This document shows, piece by piece, positions 46,960 through 56,997 of a stretch of DNA of 64,000 nt. This DNA comes from Planctomycetota bacterium (GTDB lineage Bacteria; Planctomycetota; PLA2; JAEUHO01), in assembly GCA_965223505.1 (NCBI GenBank), contig CBDCWP010000021.1, positions 192,001 through 256,000 of the forward strand. The letters are read 5' to 3'. Every line of letters starts with the position of its first letter. The first letter of the stretch is position 1. The position numbers were made by a program, and so were the translations under genes. The notes under the pieces were generated by a model. It did not search any database. It was not told the DNA's origin and saw only the letters and a list, made by a program, of their open reading frames with translations.

Positions 46960-49900
46960 CTACCGCGCGATCGCGTATCGGTCTCCCTTCGACACCACGA
47001 CGCTCGGCGTGGCGCCGACGCCCGGCGCTTCGAACACGCCGCGACCGTCGGTCACGCCCCGCGCCCGGATGCTCTTGCCGTCGGACACGGTGACGTACGC
47101 CCCACGCACCGGAAGGCCGTCTGCGCCCGTGACGTAGACACGCACCTTGTTGCCGACCCGCTGCAGGACGACCCTCAAGTCCGTCTTGATGACGACCGTG
47201 CTCGCTTCGTGGTCGCCGGCCTTGGCGACGACCAGCCACACCCCCGGCGCCTTGCCCTTCACGGGGAGCACCACATCGGCGTCGTGCGCGGCGTGGTCCT
47301 TGCCGTCCTTCAGCGCCACCGTCCATTGGTGCGCCGGGACGATGCCCGAGAGATCGACCTTGTGCAGATCGACGAGCGTCTTGCGAACGGCGAACAGCAC
47401 CTGCAGATCCACCGGGTACGCCTTCAGCTCGACCTCGTCCATGTTGCGGTAGCGAACCGTGAACGAGGTGCCGTCGGCGAGCGGCGCGGTGACCGTCTCG
47501 TCGATCGAGAACCGCTTCTCGGTCAGGAAGGCCAGGGCCTCGCGGGCGTCCTCGAGGTTGCCGGCCTTGCGGTACATTGCGATCGCCTGGTCGAGATCGC
47601 CGAGCACGTGGTACATGCGCGCCAGCACGTGGTAGGCGCGCCCGCGGAACTCGCTGTACGCCTGCGCGCCGCCGACGTGGACGAACTTCTGGTTCACGAG
47701 CGCCTCGGCCGCCTCGCGCACGGCTGCCGCCGCCTCCTCGCTCGGATCGCTCTCGAACGTCTGATAGCGACTGTCGGCGAGGAAGTACCAGCTGTCATCG
47801 ACGAAGTGGCTCTTCGGGAAGCGGCGTAGGAACGCCTCCGCATTGGCCGCGGCGCCGGTTGCGTTGCCCGAACGGCGAAGCGCGTCGATGAGCGCGTAGC
47901 TCGCTGGCGCCGCCATCGGCGTGTCGGCAAAGTGCGCCGTCATGGCCCAGAGCGCGTTCAGCGTCTCCGCGTCCATCGGCCGGCCTTCTTCACCGCCGGG
48001 CCGTCCCGCCGGCCGCTTGAGCTCCTGGTAGCGCTGTGCGCGTGCGAAGGCCGCCCGCGCGGTCGCGTTCGAGATCGGATACCCGCGCAGCACCATGCCG
48101 AGGCGGTCGAGCCCCTCGACCTCCCGGCCGCGTTGCGTGAGCGTCGACGACCAGTCGCTCTCGAGCGCGAAGCCGCGCGCGACGAGATTGCGGTAAAGAC
48201 CGTTGGCGACCTCGAACTCGTCGATGGCGTGGTACGCGCCGGCGATGGCCCGTTGGGTATCGAGGTCGTTGGGAATCCGGCCGGGATCGCGGCGCACCAG
48301 CTCCTCGCGAGCACGCACGGTTGCCTTGGCGTCCTCCGTGGCGATGGCGATGCGCAGCAGGAAGCCCTCGATCTCGACGATGATCTGATCTCGCAGCGGC
48401 TGCTCCTTGCGCAGCGACTCGAAGATCCGGCGGGCATCCGCATGCTGCTTCGCCCCGAACAGCGTCTTCGCGCGGTCGTACAGCTCGTCGGGTGTAGGTG
48501 GCCGCTCGACATCGGGGCGGCGCGCATCGTCCGGCGTCAGCACGCGAATCGAACGACCCGCGGCACGGCCGTGGAACTCGGGCGCATACATGCCGAAGGC
48601 GGTAGTGCCGAGCGCCGTGAACGACCCGAGGTGCGTCGCCTGCAGGACGTACTCGAGCACGTACGCGCCCTTCGGAAGCTTGCTGCAGAAGAACACGTGC
48701 CGGTTGTCACGGCGTTCCTGCCAGTCGAAGCGTCCCTTGGACGTGTCCGCCAGGACCTCGAAGCCCGCAGGGATCGGATCCTCGATCAGGACGTATTCGA
48801 GCTCGCGCGACGCGTGGAGCTTCAGGCGCACCAGCACCTTGTCGCCGGACGCCACCGCGTCGAGCTCCTGCGGCTCGACCTTCGGACGCGCGGCGGGCCG
48901 CAGGATCGTGTAGCCGGGCTTCACGCGCGGCGGTTGCCCCTCGATGGGCGCCTCTTCCGGACGCATGTAGCTGCGCTCGACGCGCAGGCCGTGCTCGTCC
49001 GCGGGCAGCGTCTCGGAGGCGACCACCGACTCGAGCCGGGCCGTCCAGTTCAGGCGACCCTGGCCGCGCAAGCGGAACGCCAAGCGGTGTCGGCCCGTGC
49101 GCAGCGCGTCGGCCTCTTCGATCTCGAAGCGGCGGTCGACGTACTTCATGGGCGCGGCGGCGGTTTGGACGGTCCGCAGCACCTTCCCGTCGAGCAACAC
49201 CTCGACCGTTCCGCCGAACCCCTGACCGTGCCCTTCGCCGACATATGCACTCGCGGCCCCGACGAACGCCGCGGCGTCCTTCGTGCTGCCCAGGCCGCGG
49301 CGACTCTGGTTGGCCAGCAACCAGTTCACGCCGCGCTCGACGTGCTCGCTCGCCGACTTCGCGCGAATCAAGGCTTCGACGGCGACGCCGGTCGCCTCCC
49401 GGTCGCTGCCGACGAAGCAGTCGCCCTTGCGGCCGGCCCAATGCGTCAGACCGTCCTTCTCGACCCGGCGCTGAAGCAGCACGCGCACCAGCTCCTCCAC
49501 GTCGAAGCCGCGGCCGAGACGTTTCGCGGCCATCGTCATCCACGCGAGCCCCGTCACGCTGAGGTCGTCGCTGCGGCGGCGGAACGTCGTCGCGTACCCG
49601 TCGCGTTGCATCTGGCCGGACTCGGCCAACGCGAGGTGCCCGAGCGCACGCGCGTCTTCGGTGCCCTTCGGCAGCATCTGCACGATGGCGTTGCTCGCCA
49701 TGGTGATGCTGCGATCCAACCCGCGAACGCCGTTCGCCCGCGCGGCCACGAGCCCACGGAGCGCGTAGCCGGTCATCGCGAGGTCGCCCTGCCCGCGCCC
49801 GAACCAACCGAACGAGCCATCGTCGTTCTGCAGGTTGCGTATGCGGTCCGCGCCGCGGCGGATGGCCTCGTCGAGCTGCCGCATCTTCTCGGCCGCCGGG

Positions 49901-52900
49901 CTGCCGGCGGCCCGCAGCGCGTTGCGCGCCTGAATCGCAGGCAGGAAGCGGTGCACCGATTGCTCGACGCAGCCGTACGGAAACACGTCGAGATAGAGCA
50001 GCGCATCGAGAAGCGCCTCTTCGACGCCGGGGTAGAGCGCGATGAACAGTCGGTTCGTTCCCGGAATCACGTTCTCCGGCACGTCCAGGAAGGTCTCCTG
50101 GAGCGCGCCGATGGTGGTGTCCACCACACCGCTGCGCGCATCCTGGACCTTCAACCCGCGCGCCTGCGTCGGAAAGGTCAGTTCGACGGCGTCGCCGCCG
50201 CCGTCGGAGAGCGCCGTCGCCTTGATCTCGACGCTGCCGGGATCCTTGGCCGCGAAGGCGCGGTCCGAGACGCCGCGCATGCCGTTGCCGATCTTCAACG
50301 TCTCGTCGTCACCCGACAGATCGATGCCGGTCGCTTCGACGCGGACCTCGACATCGAGCGCGCGGCCGGTGTTGTTGTGCACGACGGTCGGAATGGTGAG
50401 CGCGTCGGTCTGCGTGAGGAAACGCGGCGTGTCGACGCGAACGAGCACGTCACGCCTGGCGACCACGCCGCCACGGCCGGCGCCGACGAGCGCGTCCTTC
50501 GACACGCCGTGCGCGACCGCGCGCCAGGTGGTCAGGTTGTCGGGCAGCTTGACCTTGACGGTCGCCTTGCCGTTCTCGTCCGTCTCGACGGCGGGGAACC
50601 AGCCCGCGGTGTCCGCGAAGCGCTTGCGGACCTCGAAGCTACCGAAGCCCTGCAGACCGAATCCCTCTTGCAGACGACGGGCCGCGATGTCGCCGACCCA
50701 GCCGTCGGGCAACGCGACGTTGCGAACGGCCGCGCTGCGCGCAAAGTGCGCTTCTTCGAGAAGGCGCAGTCCTTCCTGGCGCTCGCCTGCGAAACTGCCC
50801 TTCTTGTTCTTGCTCGCATAGGCGTCGAGCTTGGCGTCGGCGCTCGGCGGCGCCGGCGGCGCCTTGTCGGCTGGCTCACGCATGCCGGGCGCAACGGCGC
50901 CGGTGGGGGCGCGGTAGCGTCCTCCGCCGCCACCGGAACCCGGCTTCCCCGACTTGCGGGGTGAATCCACCTCGAAGTCTCCGAACGACGGTCGAGCGCG
51001 TCGCGCCATGCCATCCGCCGCTCCTTCGAGGCGCTCGAGCGCATCCATCGCCTTCTCGGCCTCGACACCGGCGCGGTCCTTGCCTTGGAACGCGAAGAAC
51101 TTCGCCGCTTCGGGCCGCGCCCGCAGCTCGCTGAGCAACGCACGCGCGTCCCAGGAACCCGGGTCGGCCTGCATCGCACGCTGAGCCTGCGCGACCGCCT
51201 GGCCGACGTCACCGCGCCGGATCGATTCGCGGGCGAGGCGAATCGCACTCTGCGCGTAGACCGCCTTCGCGTTGCCCTGGCGCGCGGCGGCGTCGGCGAG
51301 CAGGTCCTTGCTCGTCTCGCGCGTCGTTCCGTAGAAGCGCGAGCCCAGCGACGAGGCCGTCATGACGGCGTTGACCCGTCGCTTGTCGTAGAAGTACGGG
51401 CGGATCGGGTCGGCGCGGTCGCGCGCGACGGCGTAGACGGTCTCGTCCACGAGCGCGAGTCCGACCTCGGCGGCGACCGGATTGCCGTTCGCGTCGCGCG
51501 TGACGAGCTCGACTTCGATCTCCTCGCCGGGGACGGCCGTCGCGGTCGCGACGTTCACGGATACATCGAGGTGCCGCAGGACGACGATCTCGGTGTCGGC
51601 TTCGAGCAGCGCGTCCTTCCCGGGGACGGCGATCTTGAAGTACACGTTCGGCGCGTGCTTGCCTTCGACGGGCAGGGCAACCAGCGTGCTCGTCCCGTCG
51701 AGCCGTAGGATCCGGTAGTCGAGCACTTGCTCGCCCTCGTACGTGAGCAACGCGCGCACGCCGGTCACCGGACTGTGAATCAACAGCTCCGCGTTCTCGC
51801 CCTCGCGATAGAGCGTTCGCGCGGCGACGAGCCGGGCGTGCTTGCTCGGATCCTCGGCCTCGCCGCTCGCCTCGACGTCGGTGTGCGCCATCACGAGGGT
51901 GCCGCGCCCTCCGTCGGCCTTCCATCGCAGGCGCCACCGGCCCGGACGCGGCACCCTGAGCTTCAGCTCCGCGCGTCCGTCATTGCCGGTGGTGAGCGCG
52001 TAGCTCGCTTCTTCGATCTCCTCGTCGCGCACGACGACCGGCCGTCCGCGGGGCGGCCCCTTCACGTCGGTCGCGACCTCGCTGCGCCGGAGTCGCAACA
52101 GGACGACCGAGCCGGAACGCGCAACCGGACGCTCGCGCGCGTCGACGGTGCGCACCTCGATCTTCATCTCCTGCTTGGGCCGGTAGACCTTGCGGTCGGC
52201 CTTCACGACGGCCATGTGATCGCCCCGCGTCACGGGGATCCGTCCCTGGTCGGAGATCCAACGCCGGGTCACGTCCTGCGCGCTCGCCTGGACGACGTAC
52301 TCGGCGTCCTGATCTTGGACCTTCGTGTCGAAGGCGATCCGGGTGACGCCGCCGTCGTCGGTGCGCGCCTCACCGCGCAGGACCAGCACCGCATTCTGCG
52401 TGCTCGTTCGACGCTCGGGCTTCGGCCGGTCGTCCTTGAAGTACCAGGAGTAGTCCTCGGCGCCCGACGCGCTGAACGTGCGCGGCATGCGATAGACCTC
52501 GTAGCGCACCGGCGCATCGACGACAGGACCGCCGAACGCGTACTCCATCCGCAGCGTCGCCTCGACCTTCTCGCCCGTCAGATAGACCGGCTGCTGCGGC
52601 TCGACGCGGATCGTGAATTCGGGCTTGCGATACTCCTGTACGCCGAAGGTGCCGCTCCACGTGCCGTGCCCCTTCACGGCGATCTGAACGCGCCAGTCGC
52701 CGAGCGGCGCGGCGCCGTCGAGGGCGAAGCTGCCGGAGAACGACCCGAACGCCGTCGAGGTGACGCGTTCGCTGCGCACCTCCTGCCCGCGCGCGTCGAA
52801 GACCTTCATGTCGGCGGCGTGTTTGCCGCCGTTGGTGTAGCCCCCCCCCGTGCCGGCGAGGAAGATCGCGCGCCAGCTGACCTCCTGGCCCGGCCGGTAG

Positions 52901-55128
52901 ACCGGGCGGTCGGTGTAGACGTACGCCTTGCTGCGGAACCCGGCACGGTCGACCTGCGGACCGAGCTTCACGGCCGTGGTCGCGGCGCCGACCTTGCTGA
53001 GAACCAGCACGTGCCCGTTCGCCGTGCCCTTCGTGCCCTGCCAGACGCCGTCCTTGCCCGTGACGCCCACCTCGCCGCTGCCGGCGACGAGCACGCGCGC
53101 TCCCTCGACCGGCGCCTGGGTCTTGCGGTCGAACGCCCAGACGAGGAGGTGGCGGAGACGCGAACGCTTGACGACGCACTCGATGTCGCTCACGAGGAAG
53201 AGCGTCGTCGAAGTGAGGTCGTCGTCCCCGATCACGACCACGTACGCGCCGGCCTCCTCCACGGGCAGCTTCCGGTCCGCCGCGACGAGCTCGAAGGGCT
53301 TGTAGTCGTCGAACGTCCACTCGGTCGTCCAGTCGGGCTTGACGATCTCTAGCTGCAGGTTCTGCACGCCGTCGACGGTGCCTTTGCGCAAGAAGTACTC
53401 TTCGATCCCGAGCCGGTAGACGCGCACGCGCAACGACTCGATGTTGCGGGTCGTGACCTTGATGACGGCCGGCTCCTCCGTCCCGATGACGCGCTCGGCT
53501 TGCACCTCGAGATGCTTCGCGCGCAGCCGTTCCAGACGCTGCCGGGCCTCTCCGGCCTCCGAGGAGCCGGGGTACTTCTTGATGAGATCCTCGTACGCCT
53601 CGATCGCGTCCGCGAGCTGATGGAGATCGTCCTCGTACGTCTTGGCCAGCAGGATCGCGGCCAGGGGGGCCACCGTGGACTTCGCATAGCGTCCCAGCAC
53701 GCCGCGCCAGATCGCGATCGCGCCGTTGAAGTCCTTGCGCTCGTTCAGCGCCATGCCGGCGCGAATCAACGAGGCCGGCGCCCGGCTGTCGGTCGGGTAG
53801 GTCTCGGCGAACGCGCGCCACGCCTCGATGGCGCCTACGACGTCGTCCTCTTCCTTGAGGTGCGCGCCCTTGGCGAACGCCGCGTCGACGATGGAGGATC
53901 GAACCTGCTTCCAGAGCGCGTGGTTCGGGTGGGCGGCCAGAAAACGGTTCCACTCCTTGATGGCCTCGTCATGCGCGCCGGCACGCAGCAGCATCTGCGC
54001 GGCGCTGTGACGCGCCTGGGGAACGAAGTCATCGTTCGGGAAGCGCTCGACGAGCGATCGGTACTCCGCCGCCGCCTGTTCGCTCTGTCCCCGGAGCATG
54101 TACGCCTCGGCGAGGTGCTTCTGGGCCTCCACGGCCTTCGGATCGTTGCGGTGCTCGAGGATCGCGCGCTTGTACCAGTCCACGCCCTCCTGGAACGTCG
54201 CGTTGTCGCCGCCACTGAGGGCCGCATGCAGGCGCTCCTTGCCGAGCAGCAGCAGGATCTCCATGTGCAGCTTGCCCTTGGGGAAACGCTCCAGCGCGAC
54301 CGTCAGGTCGTCGCGCCCGAGCGCGCCCTGACCGCTGTTCACGCGCGCGCGACCACGGCCGACGAGCCAGCGCTCGTGCGCCGTGAGGTTGAACGCTTCG
54401 CCCGCACGCTTGACGCCGGGCTCGATCTCGGCGCCGTACCTCTTGACGTCTTCGAGGCCCCAGCGCGCAAGGAGCGTGTTCCACGTGTTGGCGGCGGCGG
54501 CGTGCTGACCCAGCTCCTCTTGGATCATCGCCATGCGCTCGTAGATGCGATTGACGTGCTCGGGCGGCGCGCCGACCTGGAGGGCGCGCTGATAGCTCTG
54601 GAACGCGCGCTGGACGTCGCGCTTCTTGATCGTCCGTCCGAGATCGTCCTGCGTCTCGACACCGTCGAAGTCGGCGTCCGCGAGCTCGAGGTGCAACGCA
54701 CCGATCCGGGCGCGCGCCTGCGGTGCCGTGGAATCGTCGCTCAGCTGCTTCAGCAGCGCCGCCGCCTTGCCGGGATCGCCGAGCTTCTCGTACGCCTTGG
54801 CCGCGGTGTGCCGCATCCGCCCGGCCCACGCGTCTTGACCGTTGACCGCGAGGAAGTCGCTCGTCGCGGCCAGCGCGCCGCGCGCGTCGTCGGCGTTGAG
54901 CAGGGCTCGCGCTTCCAGCACCCACGCCTCGGCGGCCTGCGACGTCTTGGGGTGTGCGTCGCGAAACGCGCGCAGCGCCTTCGCGGCGTCCGCCCACTTG
55001 CCGTCGCGCAGGGGTTCCTGCGCCTTTCGAAGCGCCAGACGTACGTCGGCGTCGTCGTCCGCGGACGCGCTCAGTGAGACGCAAAGAACCAGGGCGGTGA
55101 CTACGAACCAAAGGGGGCGGCGCAACAT
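46960..55128 (-). CDS. Alpha-2-macroglobulin family protein with N- and C-terminal TPR arrays
   Basis: YTDRPVYRPG, EYRKPEF, LPDNLTTWR, PYGCVEQ thioester, EDPIPAGFE, MYAPE. Confidence 0.92.
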   Translation of the reverse strand: MLRRPLWFVVTALVLCVSLSASADDDADVRLALRKAQEPLRDGKWADAAKALRAFRDAHPKTSQAAEAWVLEARALLNADDARGALAATSDFLAVNGQDAWAGRMRHTAAKAYEKLGDPGKAAALLKQLSDDSTAPQARARIGALHLELADADFDGVETQDDLGRTIKKRDVQRAFQSYQRALQVGAPPEHVNRIYERMAMIQEELGQHAAAANTWNTLLARWGLEDVKRYGAEIEPGVKRAGEAFNLTAHERWLVGRGRARVNSGQGALGRDDLTVALERFPKGKLHMEILLLLGKERLHAALSGGDNATFQEGVDWYKRAILEHRNDPKAVEAQKHLAEAYMLRGQSEQAAAEYRSLVERFPNDDFVPQARHSAAQMLLRAGAHDEAIKEWNRFLAAHPNHALWKQVRSSIVDAAFAKGAHLKEEDDVVGAIEAWRAFAETYPTDSRAPASLIRAGMALNERKDFNGAIAIWRGVLGRYAKSTVAPLAAILLAKTYEDDLHQLADAIEAYEDLIKKYPGSSEAGEARQRLERLRAKHLEVQAERVIGTEEPAVIKVTTRNIESLRVRVYRLGIEEYFLRKGTVDGVQNLQLEIVKPDWTTEWTFDDYKPFELVAADRKLPVEEAGAYVVVIGDDDLTSTTLFLVSDIECVVKRSRLRHLLVWAFDRKTQAPVEGARVLVAGSGEVGVTGKDGVWQGTKGTANGHVLVLSKVGAATTAVKLGPQVDRAGFRSKAYVYTDRPVYRPGQEVSWRAIFLAGTGGGYTNGGKHAADMKVFDARGQEVRSERVTSTAFGSFSGSFALDGAAPLGDWRVQIAVKGHGTWSGTFGVQEYRKPEFTIRVEPQQPVYLTGEKVEATLRMEYAFGGPVVDAPVRYEVYRMPRTFSASGAEDYSWYFKDDRPKPERRTSTQNAVLVLRGEARTDDGGVTRIAFDTKVQDQDAEYVVQASAQDVTRRWISDQGRIPVTRGDHMAVVKADRKVYRPKQEMKIEVRTVDARERPVARSGSVVLLRLRRSEVATDVKGPPRGRPVVVRDEEIEEASYALTTGNDGRAELKLRVPRPGRWRLRWKADGGRGTLVMAHTDVEASGEAEDPSKHARLVAARTLYREGENAELLIHSPVTGVRALLTYEGEQVLDYRILRLDGTSTLVALPVEGKHAPNVYFKIAVPGKDALLEADTEIVVLRHLDVSVNVATATAVPGEEIEVELVTRDANGNPVAAEVGLALVDETVYAVARDRADPIRPYFYDKRRVNAVMTASSLGSRFYGTTRETSKDLLADAAARQGNAKAVYAQSAIRLARESIRRGDVGQAVAQAQRAMQADPGSWDARALLSELRARPEAAKFFAFQGKDRAGVEAEKAMDALERLEGAADGMARRARPSFGDFEVDSPRKSGKPGSGGGGGRYRAPTGAVAPGMREPADKAPPAPPSADAKLDAYASKNKKGSFAGERQEGLRLLEEAHFARSAAVRNVALPDGWVGDIAARRLQEGFGLQGFGSFEVRKRFADTAGWFPAVETDENGKATVKVKLPDNLTTWRAVAHGVSKDALVGAGRGGVVARRDVLVRVDTPRFLTQTDALTIPTVVHNNTGRALDVEVRVEATGIDLSGDDETLKIGNGMRGVSDRAFAAKDPGSVEIKATALSDGGGDAVELTFPTQARGLKVQDARSGVVDTTIGALQETFLDVPENVIPGTNRLFIALYPGVEEALLDALLYLDVFPYGCVEQSVHRFLPAIQARNALRAAGSPAAEKMRQLDEAIRRGADRIRNLQNDDGSFGWFGRGQGDLAMTGYALRGLVAARANGVRGLDRSITMASNAIVQMLPKGTEDARALGHLALAESGQMQRDGYATTFRRRSDDLSVTGLAWMTMAAKRLGRGFDVEELVRVLLQRRVEKDGLTHWAGRKGDCFVGSDREATGVAVEALIRAKSASEHVERGVNWLLANQSRRGLGSTKDAAAFVGAASAYVGEGHGQGFGGTVEVLLDGKVLRTVQTAAAPMKYVDRRFEIEEADALRTGRHRLAFRLRGQGRLNWTARLESVVASETLPADEHGLRVERSYMRPEEAPIEGQPPRVKPGYTILRPAARPKVEPQELDAVASGDKVLVRLKLHASRELEYVLIEDPIPAGFEVLADTSKGRFDWQERRDNRHVFFCSKLPKGAYVLEYVLQATHLGSFTALGTTAFGMYAPEFHGRAAGRSIRVLTPDDARRPDVERPPTPDELYDRAKTLFGAKQHADARRIFESLRKEQPLRDQIIVEIEGFLLRIAIATEDAKATVRAREELVRRDPGRIPNDLDTQRAIAGAYHAIDEFEVANGLYRNLVARGFALESDWSSTLTQRGREVEGLDRLGMVLRGYPISNATARAAFARAQRYQELKRPAGRPGGEEGRPMDAETLNALWAMTAHFADTPMAAPASYALIDALRRSGNATGAAANAEAFLRRFPKSHFVDDSWYFLADSRYQTFESDPSEEAAAAVREAAEALVNQKFVHVGGAQAYSEFRGRAYHVLARMYHVLGDLDQAIAMYRKAGNLEDAREALAFLTEKRFSIDETVTAPLADGTSFTVRYRNMDEVELKAYPVDLQVLFAVRKTLVDLHKVDLSGIVPAHQWTVALKDGKDHAAHDADVVLPVKGKAPGVWLVVAKAGDHEASTVVIKTDLRVVLQRVGNKVRVYVTGADGLPVRGAYVTVSDGKSIRARGVTDGRGVFEAPGVGATPSVVVSKGDRYAIAR

Positions 55129-55242
55129 CGAATCTCTCCCGGCGCGGAGCGCCGTGCGAACCGGCGCCCTCTCGACAGCACCGTACCTCCGGAGGCGTCA
55201 CGGGTCAGTGGGCAGCGGGGGTACGGTTCCTCGTGCGCAGCT

Positions 55243-56985
55243 TTGGACACACCGCGCCGGGGGTGGTTCCATTCGGGGCCTGTGAAGAACTGGCGACTCC
55301 CGCCCCGCGCGCTGCTCAACGTCCTGGGGGCGGGCGCGGTGCTGCGTGTCGTCGACCTGGGCACGCACTCGCTGTGGCTCGACGAGGGAGCGACCTGGTC
55401 CTGGGCCGTGCGGCCGACCTGGGGCGGCACCATCCTGGCCGAAGCCAACCATCCGCCTGCCTGGTGGATCGTCACCCGCGTCTGGCTCGATTGGTTCGGC
55501 GAGTCGGAATGGTCGTTGCGGGCACCGGCGGCGATTCTCGGCATCGCGACGATGTGGCTCGCCTACCAGCTCGGTCTGCGACTGCTGGATCCGACGCGGC
55601 AGCCGCGGCGCGGCGGCTTCGCCCGCGACGGCGACGTGCACAAGGGACGGCGCCTGGCCATGTGGTTCGCCGGCTTCGTCGCCGGATCGACGTACGTGAT
55701 CGAGTACTGCCAGGACGCGCGCATGTACGCCGCGCTCCTGGCCGAGGCGCTCGGGCTGAGCCTGCTGTACCTGCGCTGGCTCGATCGCGGCACGCGCGGT
55801 CCGTTGGTCGGCTATGCGCTCCTGGGCGGGCTGGCCTTGTACACGCAGTACTTCGCGGTGTGGATCATCGCAGGTCACGGTGCGCACGCGCTGTGGCTCT
55901 GGTGGCAGGGGCGCACGAGCGGCGAGCGGTTCGACCCGCGACCGTTCATCCTGTCCGTGGTTTGCGCCGGCGTGTTGTTCATCCCGTGGTTCGTCTTCAT
56001 GCTGCGCAACTACGAAGGCATCTCGACGGGCGACCCGTTCGATCCCTTCAGCCGTCTCGGCTACATCTTGTGGCGCATCGGCGCGGGGCCGGGCCTCGTC
56101 GTCGTCGACCGCACACGCCTCGACGAAGGCATCGGCGCCGTGGTTGCGGAGGAGAGCACCATCGTCGCGGTGACGTCGCTGCTCTGGTTCACACCGCTCC
56201 TGTTCGGCGCATGGCGATTGCGCCGCATGCCGGGCATCGGGAGCTTCGTTGCCGCGAACGTCTTCGTGCCGATCGCGCTCGTGTTGCTGGTCTTCGTCAA
56301 GTTCCCGCTGATGCACGAGCGCTACATGTTGTTCCTCGCGCCGTGGCTGTTGTTGACCGCGACGATCGGCGCGCTGCGGGCCCCGGGCGCGCTGAAGGTC
56401 GTCCTGACGACGGGCCTGACCGCGCTGTCCGTCGCCGGGCTCGTGGCGTTCTTCGGCGCGCCGGCGTACTTCGTCGGAATCGGCAACGGCGGCACGCTCG
56501 ACGGCAAGGAGCTGCCGCAGGTCTACGGAACCGACCCCGATCACGCGCTCACGTTCCTGCACCACGGACACCCGTACGGCAAGGAACCCTGGCGACAGGC
56601 GCGGCAGTTCATCTTGGAGCGGTCCCTAGCCGACGCCGAAGCGCCCGAGGGGCGCGGCGATCTCGTGTTCTTGCACCCCGAGTACCTGCACCTGGTCTGG
56701 GACTTCTACGACCGGCGCCGCCTCGCTCGCATCCTGCTGCCGCGCGAGGCGATCTCCGCGGTGGAGATCCGCGAGCGCTACGGCGATCAGATCGCAGGCC
56801 GGCGGCGCATCTTCCTGATCCTCGCGCACGAAGAGACCGACGACCCGAACGCGTACTACGTGGAAGTGGGCAAGGCCGTGCGGCGCGTCTGGCTCGCGGA
56901 GCGCATGACGGGCATCGAGCAATTCGCGCCGATCCTCTTCGATCGCTCGTGGGGTGTGCGTGTCGCGATCTTCAACCGCAAGTAG
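55243..56985 (+). CDS. Glycosyltransferase family 39/83-like membrane protein
   Basis: SLWLDE, HPP, FGESEWSLRAP, QDARMYA, ERY; start may be GTG 55282. Confidence 0.82.
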   Translation: MDTPRRGWFHSGPVKNWRLPPRALLNVLGAGAVLRVVDLGTHSLWLDEGATWSWAVRPTWGGTILAEANHPPAWWIVTRVWLDWFGESEWSLRAPAAILGIATMWLAYQLGLRLLDPTRQPRRGGFARDGDVHKGRRLAMWFAGFVAGSTYVIEYCQDARMYAALLAEALGLSLLYLRWLDRGTRGPLVGYALLGGLALYTQYFAVWIIAGHGAHALWLWWQGRTSGERFDPRPFILSVVCAGVLFIPWFVFMLRNYEGISTGDPFDPFSRLGYILWRIGAGPGLVVVDRTRLDEGIGAVVAEESTIVAVTSLLWFTPLLFGAWRLRRMPGIGSFVAANVFVPIALVLLVFVKFPLMHERYMLFLAPWLLLTATIGALRAPGALKVVLTTGLTALSVAGLVAFFGAPAYFVGIGNGGTLDGKELPQVYGTDPDHALTFLHHGHPYGKEPWRQARQFILERSLADAEAPEGRGDLVFLHPEYLHLVWDFYDRRRLARILLPREAISAVEIRERYGDQIAGRRRIFLILAHEETDDPNAYYVEVGKAVRRVWLAERMTGIEQFAPILFDRSWGVRVAIFNRK

Positions 56986-56997
56986 ACTGCGCGGCCC

